From Halorarum halobium (GTDB taxonomy: Archaea; Halobacteriota; Halobacteria; Halobacteriales; Haloferacaceae), in the NCBI RefSeq assembly GCF_032116555.1, contig NZ_CP134949.1, positions 1,488,001-1,552,000 on the forward strand: a DNA stretch of 64,000 nt, in the 5' to 3' direction. Under the pieces are notes generated by a model. The model did no database searches. It was given only the letters and a program-made list of their open reading frames with translations, and was not told where the DNA came from. Shown one piece after another: positions 45,449 to 56,127 of this stretch. The translations under genes were made by a program, and so were the position numbers. Each line of letters opens with the position of its first letter. Positions within the stretch are counted from its first letter, which is position 1.

Positions 45449-45483
45449 GAAGGCCTTAGTAGCCGGGTCGCCCATCCCCCTCC

Positions 45484-46551
45484 ATGCGAATCGAAGGCCG
45501 CGGTCGCGGCGCGGAGGGCCGCGAGCGGCTCACGGTCGTCCCGGAGACGACCGACGACCTCTGGCACCTCTCGCACGTCCTGGAGCCCGGCGACCGCGTG
45601 GAGGCCGACACGACACGGCGCGTCCAGCGGGACGACGAGAACCTCCGTGACACCGGCGGCGAGCGCGAGCACATGCACGTCACCATCGAGGTCGAGGACG
45701 TCGAGTTCGCGCGCTTCGCCAACCGGCTCCGGGTCGGCGGCGTCATCGTCGGCTGCTCTCGCGAGGACCAGCTGGGCCACCACCACACGATCAACGTCGA
45801 GGAGCGCTCGGAACTCACCGTCGAGAAGCAGTTCAAGCCCGACCAGATCGAACGCATCGAGGAGGCCGAGGAGGCGACCGACGCGCCCGACGTCGCCATC
45901 GCCACCGTCGAGGAGGGGGCCGCGTACATCCACACCGTCCAGCAGTACGGTACGGAGGAGTACGCCAGCTTCACGAAACCGACCGGGAAGGGCGAGTACG
46001 CCCGCCCCCGCGAGGAGCTGTTCGGCGAACTCGGCGACGCGCTCGCACACGTCGACTCGGACGCGATCATCCTCGCCGGCCCAGGGTTCACGAAGAACGA
46101 CGCGCGGGACCACGTCACGGAGCAACACCGCGAACTCGCCGACCGCATCACCGTCGTCGACACGTCGGCCGCGGGGGACCGCGGGGTCCACGAAGTGTTG
46201 AAGCGCGGGGCGGTCGCGGACGTCCAGCGCGAGACCCGAATCGCCCGCGAGGCGGAGCTCATCGACCGGCTGACCGAACACATTGCGGAGGGCGCGAAGG
46301 CGACCTACGGCGTCGCTGAGACGATGGAGGCCGCCGAGTTCGGCGCGGTCGAGACGCTGCTCGTCCTCGACGAGCGGCTCCGGCAGGAACGACAGGGCGA
46401 GGGCGACTGGGACGTCGACGCGAACGAACTCATCGAGTCCGTCGAACGGAAGGGCGGCGACGTGGTCGTCTTCTCGGCTGAGTTCGCGCCGGGCCAGCAG
46501 CTCCGGAACCTCGGCGGCGTCGCCGCGCTGCTCCGATATCGGCTGCAGTGA
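45484..46551 (+). CDS. pelA: Pelota/Dom34 ribosome-rescue factor
   Basis: [48 protein letters not shown]. Confidence 0.97.
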   Translation: MRIEGRGRGAEGRERLTVVPETTDDLWHLSHVLEPGDRVEADTTRRVQRDDENLRDTGGEREHMHVTIEVEDVEFARFANRLRVGGVIVGCSREDQLGHHHTINVEERSELTVEKQFKPDQIERIEEAEEATDAPDVAIATVEEGAAYIHTVQQYGTEEYASFTKPTGKGEYARPREELFGELGDALAHVDSDAIILAGPGFTKNDARDHVTEQHRELADRITVVDTSAAGDRGVHEVLKRGAVADVQRETRIAREAELIDRLTEHIAEGAKATYGVAETMEAAEFGAVETLLVLDERLRQERQGEGDWDVDANELIESVERKGGDVVVFSAEFAPGQQLRNLGGVAALLRYRLQ

Positions 46552-46799
46552 ACGGCGACGGGTCCGCCAGACGCCCGCACCTGACGGCAAGCGTTTGACC
46601 CAGACGGCTCGACCCTGACGGTCGACGCTGAAGGGGTCTCCCGAACGCTCGACGCCGGACGTCCGGAACCGCCCGTGCCGCTCGGAGACCGTTTCGACCG
46701 ACGTGGCGCCCGGCGTGTCGGTGACCCCGGCCGGGTCGAAATCGTGACATTTGGTACCAGTAGGCAAGAGATAAGCCCCGGCTTCTCCTATCGGGAACC

Positions 46800-47531
46800 A
46801 TGGAGGTGATCGAACGCCCGACGTTCGAGTCGGAGGCGAGGAAACGCATGTACGAGTACGTCGAGCGGCACGGGACGGCCGAGCGCAACTTCCTCTTCGA
46901 GGTGGTGTCGGTGCCGAGCGAGGAGTTCCGGACCGAACTGGAGCTGTTGAAATCCAGAGGCTACCTCGAGGAGGACGGGGGGACCCTCAGCGTCGCCCTC
47001 GACGCCGGCTCCGTCGGGGAGTACGCGACCGGGGGCGTCGCGTTCACGATCAGGCCGGCCCGGCAGGACGACTTCGAGGGGCTCGTGAACGTGATCCGGG
47101 ACGTGACCGCCGAGGAGACGTACGTCGTCGCCGAGAGCATCGCCGAACAGCTGCTGTACGAGGACACCGTCACGCGCCACAACACCGTCGAGTCGCGGCT
47201 GTTCTTCGTGGCGACCGTCGAGGGGTCGGTCGTCGGCTGGACCCACCTCGACCTGCCGCAGGTCCGTCGCGTCCGGGAGACCGCACAGCTGACGGTCGGC
47301 GTCGAGACGACCTCCCGCGGGTACGGAATCGGGAGCAAGCTCCTCCAGCGTGGGCTCGACTGGGCGGAGGCGAACGGCTACCGCAAGGTGTACAACAGCA
47401 TCCCGGTGACCAACGAGAACGCCCTCTCGTTTCTCACCGACCGCGGCTGGAACACGGAAGCGATCAGACAGGAGCACTACACCATCGACGGCGAGTACGT
47501 CGACGAGGTGATGATGGCCTATGCGTTCTGA
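46800..47531 (+). CDS. GNAT acetyltransferase with N-terminal wHTH-like domain
   Basis: RGYGIGSKLL acetyl-CoA motif, NENALSF. Confidence 0.88.
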   Translation: MEVIERPTFESEARKRMYEYVERHGTAERNFLFEVVSVPSEEFRTELELLKSRGYLEEDGGTLSVALDAGSVGEYATGGVAFTIRPARQDDFEGLVNVIRDVTAEETYVVAESIAEQLLYEDTVTRHNTVESRLFFVATVEGSVVGWTHLDLPQVRRVRETAQLTVGVETTSRGYGIGSKLLQRGLDWAEANGYRKVYNSIPVTNENALSFLTDRGWNTEAIRQEHYTIDGEYVDEVMMAYAF

Positions 47532-47621
47532 TCGGGACGCTCCCGACCGGGGTCCGAGGGCCCGGGTCCTCCACGATTAGTCACCGACTACTATTGTCGG
47601 CGCACGGGCGTTCTCCCGTTG

Positions 47622-49154
47622 ATGTCGAACACATGGGTGAGGGACGCCGCTCCCACGGCGGCGCTCCCGGACCCCGTCGAATCCCCGGCCGTCACGTACG
47701 ACCCGTCGCTCGAACGGCTCCGGGAACTGGCAGCGGACGACGAAACGACCACGGAGTTCGGCTGTCCGGCCTACGTCAGCGAGCACCGCTCGCGCAACGC
47801 CGAGCGGACGAAAAACGCCGTCGACGACGAGTTCACGGCCGTCGACGACGCGCTGTTCGAGGACGCCGCCACCGCCGCCGGCGAGCGGGGGATGCTCTGT
47901 CTCGACCGCAGGATGGGCCGGCGTCCCGAACTCTCGTTCGTCTGTCGCTACTACGTCCCTCGCGAGCACGCACGCATCGCGCTCGCGTGGGCGACGCTGT
48001 TCGAACCGGTCGAGTCGGCCTCGAGGCTCGCGGAGCCACCGGAGCCGGACTTCGTGACCGTCCAGCTTCCGGACCGGAGCGAGACCGCCATCAGGGTCCT
48101 TCCCGACGAGGGGTTCACCGTCGTCCTCGGGACCGACTACACCGGCGAGGCCAAGAAGTCGTTCCTGCGGCTGTTCATGTACCACGCGAAGCAGGCGGGC
48201 GGGCTCGGGCTCCACGCCGGCAGCAAACGGGTCGTCGCGCGCGACGCCGACGGCGATCTGAACGAGGTGGGACAGCTGTTCCTCGGTCTCTCCGCGACGG
48301 GGAAGTCCACGCTGACCGCCCACGGCTTCGGGTTCGAACCGCCGGAGGGAGCGCGGATGTGTCAGGACGACGTCTGCGCGCTCCTCCCCGACGGCACCGT
48401 CGCGGGCAGCGAGGGTGGGGGACTGTACGTCAAGACCATCGGGCTGGACGCCGACGAGCAGCCGGCGCTGTACGGCGCGGTCACCCACGAGTCGGCCGTC
48501 CTGGAGAACGTCGCGATCGAGGAGGACGGGACGGTCGAGTTCGACGACGACGCGCTCACCAGGAACGGCCGCGCGGCCATCCGCCGGGACGAACTCTCCT
48601 CGGCCGCCGACGAGATCGACCTCGACGGGGTCGATCAGGTCTTCTTCATCACGCGAAACCCGGCCATGCCGCCGGTGGCGAAGCTCGACGCCGACGAGGC
48701 CGCGGCCGCGTTCATGCTCGGCGAGTCCGTCGAGACCAGCGCGGGCGACCCGGAGAACGCCGGCGAGTCCATCCGCGTCGTCGGCACCAACCCGTTCATC
48801 GTCGGCCCGGAGGGCGAGGAGGGGAACCGGTTCCGGGAACTCGTCGCGGCGCTCGACGTCGACTGTTTCGTCCTCAACACCGGCTCGGTCGGCGAGGACG
48901 GACGCGACGTCGGCGTCGACGACACGGTGACCGTCCTGCGCGAACTCGCCAGGGGACGCGTCGAGTGGCGCGAGGACGGGGCCACGGGGCTGACCGTCCC
49001 GCGGTCGGTGCCCGGGATGAACGTCGACGAGTTCGCGGTCGAGGAGAACGTCGAGGGGTACGAGCGGACGCTCCGGGACCTCCGCGCGGAGCGGCGGGCG
49101 TACCTCTCCGGGTTCGACGCGCTCGAGGACCGGGTCGTGGAGGCCGTCTACTGA
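47622..49154 (+). CDS. pckA: Phosphoenolpyruvate carboxykinase (ATP)
   Basis: GTDYTGEAKK, GLHAG, GLSATGKST, QDD, EGGGLYVK, LENV, NGR, LNTG. Confidence 0.92.
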   Translation: MSNTWVRDAAPTAALPDPVESPAVTYDPSLERLRELAADDETTTEFGCPAYVSEHRSRNAERTKNAVDDEFTAVDDALFEDAATAAGERGMLCLDRRMGRRPELSFVCRYYVPREHARIALAWATLFEPVESASRLAEPPEPDFVTVQLPDRSETAIRVLPDEGFTVVLGTDYTGEAKKSFLRLFMYHAKQAGGLGLHAGSKRVVARDADGDLNEVGQLFLGLSATGKSTLTAHGFGFEPPEGARMCQDDVCALLPDGTVAGSEGGGLYVKTIGLDADEQPALYGAVTHESAVLENVAIEEDGTVEFDDDALTRNGRAAIRRDELSSAADEIDLDGVDQVFFITRNPAMPPVAKLDADEAAAAFMLGESVETSAGDPENAGESIRVVGTNPFIVGPEGEEGNRFRELVAALDVDCFVLNTGSVGEDGRDVGVDDTVTVLRELARGRVEWREDGATGLTVPRSVPGMNVDEFAVEENVEGYERTLRDLRAERRAYLSGFDALEDRVVEAVY

Positions 49155-49292
49155 CGGGCCCCGCCCGGGTTCCCAACTCAGACGGGAGACGATCCGACTC
49201 GGCCGATCCGGCCGACCCGGCCGAACTCCTCCGTCCCGGCCGGCGTTCGCCGGGGGCACCAACGCTAAGGGCCGCCTGTGACACGAGCACCC

Positions 49293-50600
49293 ATGGCAGG
49301 ATTCGACCGCCGTCACCTCATGTGGGCGGCGCTGGCGTTCGGTTTCCTCTTCGTGAACTTCTTCCGGAACTCGACGGCCGTCCTCGCGGGCGAGCTCGCG
49401 GCGGACTTCTCGACGACGGCCGCCGAGCTGGGCCTGCTCCACTCGTCGTTCTACTACATCTACGCCGCCGCACAGCTCCCGGCGGGACTGGTCGCCGACC
49501 GCTACGGCCCCCGCAGGGTCGTCGCCGGCGGACTGGTCGGGATGGCCGTCGGGGTGACGGTGTTCGCAGCGAGCGGGTCGCTCGCGGTCGGCTTTCTCGG
49601 CCGCGCGCTCGCCGGCTTCGGCGGCAGCGTCATCTACGTCGCGGTGTTGCGCTTCTGTGCGAACTGGTTCGCGCCCGAGGAGTTCGCCACGATGACGGGC
49701 TTTACCATCGCCGCCGCCGGGCTGGGCGGCATCCTCGCGACCACGCCCCTCGCAATCGTCGCGGGCGCCGCGGGCTGGCGCGTCGTGCTCCTCGCCAGCG
49801 CGGGGACGATGCTTGTCGCGGCGGTCCTCGTCGCGGTCGTCGTGCAGGACCGCCCGACGGAGGCCGACGCGGCAGCCCACGAGGGCGTCGAGGGCGAACC
49901 GGACGGCGGGGAGGACGCCGCCGCGCTCCGGGACGTCCTCGCCGGCGCGCGGCGCGTGCTCGCCGACCTCGACACCTGGCTCATGGGGACGATGCTGTTC
50001 CTGGTCATCGGGCTCAACTTCACCGTCGTCGGGCTCTGGGGGGTCCCGTACATCGTGAACCTCTACGACGTGTCGGTCGCCACGGCCGCGCTGACGGTGC
50101 TGGCGGCCAACGTCGGCTTCGCGCTCGGCTCGCCGACGTTCGGCGCGCTCTCGGATCGGCTCGGCCGGCGGACCGAGGTGATCCTCGCCTCCTGTCTCCT
50201 GTTCTGTGGCTCGTACGCGGTCGTCTTCCTCACGGTGACGCCGCCGCTCGTCGTCGTCGCCGCCGCGTTCTTCACGGCGATGTTCGTCACGGGCGGGGCG
50301 TCCGTCGCGTACACGGTCGCCAAGGAGCGGCACGTCGACGACAGCGGCGCGGCGACGGGGACCGTGAACGGCCTCGCGTACGCCGGCGCGGCGGTGTTTC
50401 CGGCGGTGATGGGCGTCGTCCTCGACGCCTACTGGACCGGGGAGGTCATCGACGGGGCGCGGGCCTACACCGAGGCCGGCTACCGGGTCGCGTTCGGCCT
50501 CGTCACGCTCGGCGGCGTCGTCGCCGTCGCCTGCGCGCTCGCGCTCCACGTCCGCGAACGGCGGCGGGCCGACGAGCCCACGCCCGCGACGGCGGACTGA
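49293..50600 (+). CDS. MFS transporter
   Basis: GLVADRYGPRR and GALSDRLGRR motifs; about 12 TM. Confidence 0.92.
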   Translation: MAGFDRRHLMWAALAFGFLFVNFFRNSTAVLAGELAADFSTTAAELGLLHSSFYYIYAAAQLPAGLVADRYGPRRVVAGGLVGMAVGVTVFAASGSLAVGFLGRALAGFGGSVIYVAVLRFCANWFAPEEFATMTGFTIAAAGLGGILATTPLAIVAGAAGWRVVLLASAGTMLVAAVLVAVVVQDRPTEADAAAHEGVEGEPDGGEDAAALRDVLAGARRVLADLDTWLMGTMLFLVIGLNFTVVGLWGVPYIVNLYDVSVATAALTVLAANVGFALGSPTFGALSDRLGRRTEVILASCLLFCGSYAVVFLTVTPPLVVVAAAFFTAMFVTGGASVAYTVAKERHVDDSGAATGTVNGLAYAGAAVFPAVMGVVLDAYWTGEVIDGARAYTEAGYRVAFGLVTLGGVVAVACALALHVRERRRADEPTPATAD

Positions 50601-50658
50601 CCCCGGCTGACCGCCCGCCGCGGTGGACCGTCCGCATCGGGAGCGTCGCCGGTTCGGC

Positions 50659-51657
50659 TCACTCGCCGGTGAGCGCCTGGCTCGCGCGCGAGACGTCGAT
50701 CGGCGTCCCGAGCCCCTCCTCGCTTGCCTTCTCGTACAGCAGGTGTGCGGCCGCGGCGGTCTCGATGCCGGTGCCGCCCGAGTCGAAGATAGTGATCTCC
50801 TCCTCGTCGGTCCGGCCCGGCTCGACGCCCGCGACGACCTCGCCGAGCTCGGCGTGGACGTGATCCTCGTCGACGACGCCCGCCTCCAGCGCGGAGAGGA
50901 ACGAGCCGGCGTCCGTCGTCGCCCTGGCGCGGAGGTCGGGGACGTACGTGGCTCGCTCGATCGCGGCGTGGTCGAGTTCGCGCTTCGCCGGGTCGTACTG
51001 GCCCATCGCCGTGACGTGGGTGCCGGGTTCGAGCTGGTCGCCGTCGAACACCGGTTCGGCCGCGCTGGTCGCGGTCACGACGATGTCGGCGTCCTCGATC
51101 GCGGCCGCCGAGGAGGCGACGGCCGCCACGGACGCGTCCACTGACGCGTTCAGTTCGCCCGCGAACGTCTCGCGGTGCTCCTTCGTGGGCGAGTACACCC
51201 AGACGGTCTCGAGGTCACGGACCGTCGCCGTGGCCTTCAACTGGCCGCGCGCCTGTGCGCCGCTCCCGATGAGTGCGAGCGACGAGGCGTTCTCGCGCGC
51301 CAGCGCGTCGACGCCGACCGCGCCCGCCGCGCCGGTCTTGAACGGGTTCATCGACGCGCCGTCCAGCAGCGCGAGCGGCTCGCCGGATTCGGCGTCGAAC
51401 AGCGGCGTCATGAACCAGGCGTCCCGCTCGCCGAACCCGGCCGAGTACATGTACCCGCCCATCGCGCCCGTCTCCGGCAGGATGGCCGCGTACGCGGTGA
51501 ACATGCCGGGCGGGTCGTCGTTGACCAGCTTCGTCCGGGGTTCGGCCGGCGCGCCCTCGCCGATCTGCCGATAGGCGTCGCGGACGGCGTCGACGTACTC
51601 TGCGGGCGTCGCGAGGTCGGCGACCTCGTCGCTCGACAGGAACAGCGCCTGGGTCAT
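50659..51657 (-). CDS. Ornithine cyclodeaminase / mu-crystallin family protein
   Basis: KTGAAGA, IGSGAQA, PGTHVTAMG, FDSGGTGI. Confidence 0.9.
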   Translation of the reverse strand: MTQALFLSSDEVADLATPAEYVDAVRDAYRQIGEGAPAEPRTKLVNDDPPGMFTAYAAILPETGAMGGYMYSAGFGERDAWFMTPLFDAESGEPLALLDGASMNPFKTGAAGAVGVDALARENASSLALIGSGAQARGQLKATATVRDLETVWVYSPTKEHRETFAGELNASVDASVAAVASSAAAIEDADIVVTATSAAEPVFDGDQLEPGTHVTAMGQYDPAKRELDHAAIERATYVPDLRARATTDAGSFLSALEAGVVDEDHVHAELGEVVAGVEPGRTDEEEITIFDSGGTGIETAAAAHLLYEKASEEGLGTPIDVSRASQALTGE

Positions 51658-51696
51658 GAACCGCGGTTCGACGGCCGGGGTGATAAGAACTGTCGC

Positions 51697-51930
51697 CTAG
51701 TCGGCGTTCGGCGGCGACGCCGTCGCCGTCTCGGTCCGGACCGCCCCCTCGGCGGGGGTCGCGGTCGTCGGCCCGCGGACGAACATCGCGTGCGCGATCA
51801 GCAGCGCGGAGACACCACCACCGACGGGAACGGCCGCCTGAACGGACAACCCGCCCATCGCGAGAACTGCGGTGACTCCGAGCAGTGCGGCGGGAATGAG
51901 GCCGAGAACGTAGTCGTGGTATCCGGTCAT
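51697..51930 (-). CDS. Small conserved haloarchaeal membrane protein
   Basis: MTGYHDYVLGLIP...LIAHAMFVRGP; two hydrophobic segments. Confidence 0.8.
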   Translation of the reverse strand: MTGYHDYVLGLIPAALLGVTAVLAMGGLSVQAAVPVGGGVSALLIAHAMFVRGPTTATPAEGAVRTETATASPPNAD

Positions 51931-52267
51931 GATGTACTACACACTATGGTCACCGGTCATATAGTTGTTTTGCATACGTACCCTATACTTCTCGGGTCGA
52001 GAATGAGGATAGCACTCATAACTTATGGAGAACGCAAGCTTCCAGATCGGATAACTCCCCCTTCCCGTCCGGTGGCATCCGCTTGGTAACTGTTGACAAT
52101 GGGCCGGTAGGTGCCGGTTTCGCGGCGGGAGGGGCCCGTCGAAGCTCGCCGCGACCCCCTCGGCAAACGTCCCGACGCGGGCCCCGAGCGTGGTCGGCGC
52201 CTGCGGGACCCGGCTGAGCGCCACGCCGGCCAAGGGGTCTTTTGTCGTCACCGTCCCTGCAGCCGTC

Positions 52268-53761
52268 ATGAACCGCGAAGCCGGCGTCGGGGCGTTCCTG
52301 GTCGCCGGCGTCGGGCTCGCGGGAGCCCTCGGCGGGGGGCTCCTGTTCGTCCCGGAGCGGGTCGGTCCGGTCGTGGGGCCGCCGACCCCGCTCACGTTCC
52401 TCGTCGCCGGCGGCGCCATCGCCTGCGTCAGCGCCGCGTTCGCCGTGCTCGCGTCGGGACCGTTCGGGGCGGGGACGGGCCTGGTTTATCGGGCGGTGTC
52501 GCGGACGTGGGGCTCGCGGACGGTCGGCGTCGCCGCCGCGTGGCCGTCGGTCGCGGCCTACGTCGCGCTGCTCGCGCTGGTGGCGAACTGGCTCGGCCAC
52601 CTCGGGGTGCTCCCGGCCGGGACGCGAACGCTCGGGACCGGGTTCGGCGGGACCGACGCCGGTTCGGCGGTCGAGCTGCTCGTCGGCCCGCTCCCGTCGC
52701 TCCCGCCCGGACCGCTCGCCGCCCTGGCCTGCCTGCTCGCGCTCGGGGTCCACCTGCTGGGTGCCCGCCGTGCGATGCTGGCCGTGGCGGTCCCGGTCTG
52801 GGCGCTGCTCGGCGGCGCGACCCTCGCGCTCGCGCTCGCGTTCGTGCCGGGCGTCGGCGAGTTCGTCCCGGCGAACTACGACCCGCTGTTCCCCACGAGC
52901 GACCTGCGGGCTCGGGCGCTCCCCCGGTTCATCGAGGGGGTCGGGATCGCGCTGTTCGCGTTCGTCGGCGTCGACGCCGCCGCCAGCGTCGGGGACGGGG
53001 GGACCGACGAGCGACCCGTCGGCATCCTGCTGGCGACGGCGACGCTGACGTTCCTGACGGCGCTCGCGACGTTCGTCTCGCTCGGCGTCGTCAACTGGAT
53101 CCGACTCACGCAGGCGGGCGTGCCGACGGCGGACGCCGTCGCGGCGTACCTCCCGCTCGACCCGGGACCGGTGACGGCCCTCGTGGGCCTGGTGTTCGCG
53201 TGGACCGCGCTCGTCGCGCTCGGGTTCCCGGCCTCGCGAACGCTGGCCGGCTTCGCGGAGCTCGTCGGGCCCGATCCCCCCGTCGATCCTGTCACCGCCG
53301 GGCTCGTCCTCGCCTACGGTGGCGCGGCGGCGATCTGCCTGTTCGGCGTCCTCGCGCCGGCGGTGTATCTCGCGGTTCCCGGGCTCGCGGTCGCGTATCT
53401 CGCCGTCGTCGTCACCGCGGCGGCGCTCTCGCACCGCAGTCCGGACCGGTGGGCGGAGTGCTCGATACGCCCCGGTCCTCGCCTGCGTGCCGCACTGGCG
53501 GTCGGTGGCGGCCTCGCGGCGCTCTCGATCCTCGCCGTCCCGGCGATCAGGGACCCGGCGACGGTGCTCTCCTGGACGCTCCACCGGGTCGAACTCGTCG
53601 TGCTCGGCTTCGATCTGGTCCGGGATCCGCTGGCGAGCGCCGTGCCGGCGCTGCTGGCCTGGGAACTGCTCGGCGTCGGCGTCCTCTTCGTGTTGCGTGA
53701 CTATCGGGACGCAAACGGCATCACCCTCCCGCCGCTGTCGGGCTCCGGCCGCGAACCGTAA
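52268..53761 (+). CDS. Divergent APC-superfamily permease
   Basis: TM1-like GALGGGLLFVP..VGP; TM6 LFAFVGVD; about 12 TM. Confidence 0.7.
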   Translation: MNREAGVGAFLVAGVGLAGALGGGLLFVPERVGPVVGPPTPLTFLVAGGAIACVSAAFAVLASGPFGAGTGLVYRAVSRTWGSRTVGVAAAWPSVAAYVALLALVANWLGHLGVLPAGTRTLGTGFGGTDAGSAVELLVGPLPSLPPGPLAALACLLALGVHLLGARRAMLAVAVPVWALLGGATLALALAFVPGVGEFVPANYDPLFPTSDLRARALPRFIEGVGIALFAFVGVDAAASVGDGGTDERPVGILLATATLTFLTALATFVSLGVVNWIRLTQAGVPTADAVAAYLPLDPGPVTALVGLVFAWTALVALGFPASRTLAGFAELVGPDPPVDPVTAGLVLAYGGAAAICLFGVLAPAVYLAVPGLAVAYLAVVVTAAALSHRSPDRWAECSIRPGPRLRAALAVGGGLAALSILAVPAIRDPATVLSWTLHRVELVVLGFDLVRDPLASAVPALLAWELLGVGVLFVLRDYRDANGITLPPLSGSGREP

Positions 53762-53794
53762 CCGCCTCACCCCTGCGGCCGCTCCGGTCCGACG

Positions 53795-54709
53795 ATGGAA
53801 ACCGGCGCGATTCCCCTCGCCGACCTCGCCGGCCCGTTCGACCTGCAGTCGACCGTCGAGAGCGGCCAGTCCTACCTCTGGCGGCGCAGGGACGGCGGCA
53901 CGTACGAGTCGCTGTCGGTCCACGGCGGCGACCACTGGTACGAGACCGTCGTCCCGCCGATGGACGACGTGAACGACGAGCGGGCGGCCGTTCGGGTCCG
54001 CCTGGCGGACGGCCGGCTGGAGTGGGAGTCGACCACGGACGCCGTGCCGATCCTCACGCACCTCCTCAGGCTCGACGACGACCTCGACGCGGTCCGCGAG
54101 GCCACGCCGACCCTGCCGCTGCTGGAGCGTGCGTTCGACGCCTACGAGGGGATGCGACTCGTCCGCGACCCGCCGTTCGCCTGCCTGATCTCGTTCATCT
54201 GTTCGGCCCAGATGCGCGTCTCGCGCATCCACGGGATGCAGTTGCGGCTCGCGGAAACGTACGGCGACGGGATGGAACTCGACGGCGATGTCGTCCACGC
54301 GTTCCCGACGCCCGCTCAGCTCGCCGCGCGGACCGAGGCCGACCTCCGCGACCTCGCGCTGGGCTACCGCGCGCCGTACGTCCAGCGCACGGCCGAGATG
54401 GTCGCCGACGGCGAGGCCGACCCCGCCGACGCCGTGGGGCTCCCGTACGAGGAGGCGCGCGACTCGCTGACCCGCTTCGTCGGCGTCGGCGACAAGGTGG
54501 CCGACTGCGTGCTGCTGTTCTCGCTCGGCTTCCTCGAGGCGGTCCCGCTCGACACCTGGATCAGGACCGCCATCGCGGACCACTTCCCGGACTGTGATCG
54601 CGGGAACTACGCGGCCACCTCGCGTGCCATTCGCGAGCGACTCGGCGGCGAGTACGCGGGCTACGCGCAGACGTATCTGTTCTACTACCTCCGCGCCGGC
54701 GGGGACTGA
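53795..54709 (+). CDS. ogg: 8-oxoguanine DNA glycosylase (HhH-GPD)
   Basis: ESGQ, LISFICS, FPTP, LGYRA, GVGDKVADC, PLDTW, AGYAQ. Confidence 0.9.
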   Translation: METGAIPLADLAGPFDLQSTVESGQSYLWRRRDGGTYESLSVHGGDHWYETVVPPMDDVNDERAAVRVRLADGRLEWESTTDAVPILTHLLRLDDDLDAVREATPTLPLLERAFDAYEGMRLVRDPPFACLISFICSAQMRVSRIHGMQLRLAETYGDGMELDGDVVHAFPTPAQLAARTEADLRDLALGYRAPYVQRTAEMVADGEADPADAVGLPYEEARDSLTRFVGVGDKVADCVLLFSLGFLEAVPLDTWIRTAIADHFPDCDRGNYAATSRAIRERLGGEYAGYAQTYLFYYLRAGGD

Positions 54710-54774
54710 CCCGAAGCCGGCGGTGCGTGACCGTCGGATCGACCTCACCGACGACCCGTCCGGCCTTCGACGGC

Positions 54775-56124
54775 TTATCGGTCCGCGACGCCCGCGGCGG
54801 TCAACACCCTGTCGGCGACCTCGTCGGCCGACTCCGCGAGGATCCGCGCGATCGGCTCCTTCCCGTGTGCGCCGTCGTCGACGACGACGTCCGGCGCGAG
54901 CGCCCCGTCGGACACGACCGTTTCCGCGACCCAGTCCATCGTCCCGTCCGTCGAGTCGGGTTCCTCGCGCCTGTCGAGAGTGGTGACCTCGTACTTATCG
55001 CGCAGTCGGTCGACGACGGCCGGGTCCGGACGGACGTTCGCGGCCGCCCGGACCGCCGGGTCCTCGGCGCGCAGGCCACAGAGCAGCCGTGCGAGGTGGT
55101 CCGAGGCCCCGCGGCGGACGTCCCCGCCGGCTCGGATGCCGTCGCGGGTGCGTCGCAGTCGCCCGTCGACCGCGACGATCTCGTCGGGCGTGCTCGCACA
55201 CCGTGGCGCGAGCGCGACGTTCATCCCGACCTCCGGGACGACAGCGCCGACCGCGTCGCCGGCCGCCGTGAGCCTGCCGACCGCGTCCCGCAGTCGCTCG
55301 CAGGCGTCCGGGGTCGCGGCTTCGGTCAGCGTCGCCCCCAGGTGGTTCACGGGTCCGGGGCCGTCGCCGTACGGGAGCGATCGGGCGAGGGCGGCAGCGA
55401 CGAACGCCTTCCCCTCCGCGACGGCCTCGGCGAGGGATGCGCCGCCGGCCAGTTCGGCCGCGACGGCCGCCGAGAGCGTACAGCCGGTTCCGTGCGTGCC
55501 GTCGGTGTCGACGCGGTCGCCCGCGAACCGCTCGGTGCCGTCCGGTCCCGCGAAGGAGTCGACCGGATCGCCGTCGAGATGGCCGCCGGTCACGAACGCC
55601 GCGTCGGCCCCCAGTTCACGGAGGTCCCGCGCCGCGTCAACCGCGTCGTCGACGTCGGCGATGGCCCGGCCCGTGAGCAGTTCCGCCTCGGCGACGTTCG
55701 GCGTGACGAGCGTCGCGCGGGGCAGGAGGCGGTCCCGAAGCGCGACCAGTCCGTCGTCATCGAGGAGCGTCGCGCCCGAGGCGGCGACCGCGACCGGGTC
55801 GACGACGAGCGAGAGTTCGGCCGGGATCGATTCGGCGACGGCTCGCACCGTCGCCGCGTCCCCGAGCATCCCGGTCTTTGCCGCCGCGACCGGGAGATCC
55901 GCCGTGACCGCGCGGACCTGTGCGGCGACGGTCTCGGGGGGAACCGGGTGGACCGACTCGACGCCGGTCGTGTTCTGGGCCGTCACCGCGGTGACCGCGG
56001 TGGTGGCGAACGCGCCGCACGCGTTCATGGCCGCGAGGTCGGCGGCGACGCCAGCGCCGCCGCTGCTGTCGGTCCCCGCGACCGTCAGTGCCACGGGCCG
56101 ATAGGCGGTGACGGGCGCTGGCAC
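54775..56124 (-). CDS. thiDN: HMP/HMP-P kinase fused to a ThiN thiamine-phosphate synthase domain
   Basis: AGTDSSGGAGVAAD, AQNT, TPNVAEA, THGTGC; C-terminal PEVGMN, GASDHLAR, GKEP. Confidence 0.9.
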   Translation of the reverse strand: MPAPVTAYRPVALTVAGTDSSGGAGVAADLAAMNACGAFATTAVTAVTAQNTTGVESVHPVPPETVAAQVRAVTADLPVAAAKTGMLGDAATVRAVAESIPAELSLVVDPVAVAASGATLLDDDGLVALRDRLLPRATLVTPNVAEAELLTGRAIADVDDAVDAARDLRELGADAAFVTGGHLDGDPVDSFAGPDGTERFAGDRVDTDGTHGTGCTLSAAVAAELAGGASLAEAVAEGKAFVAAALARSLPYGDGPGPVNHLGATLTEAATPDACERLRDAVGRLTAAGDAVGAVVPEVGMNVALAPRCASTPDEIVAVDGRLRRTRDGIRAGGDVRRGASDHLARLLCGLRAEDPAVRAAANVRPDPAVVDRLRDKYEVTTLDRREEPDSTDGTMDWVAETVVSDGALAPDVVVDDGAHGKEPIARILAESADEVADRVLTAAGVADR

Positions 56125-56127
56125 GGG

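Noticed and set aside
47577..50863. Very long ORFs 47594..50863 (+) and 47577..50549 (-)
   Set aside because: Arg/Gly/Pro-rich or antisense shadow frames of pckA and the MFS gene, expected at high GC
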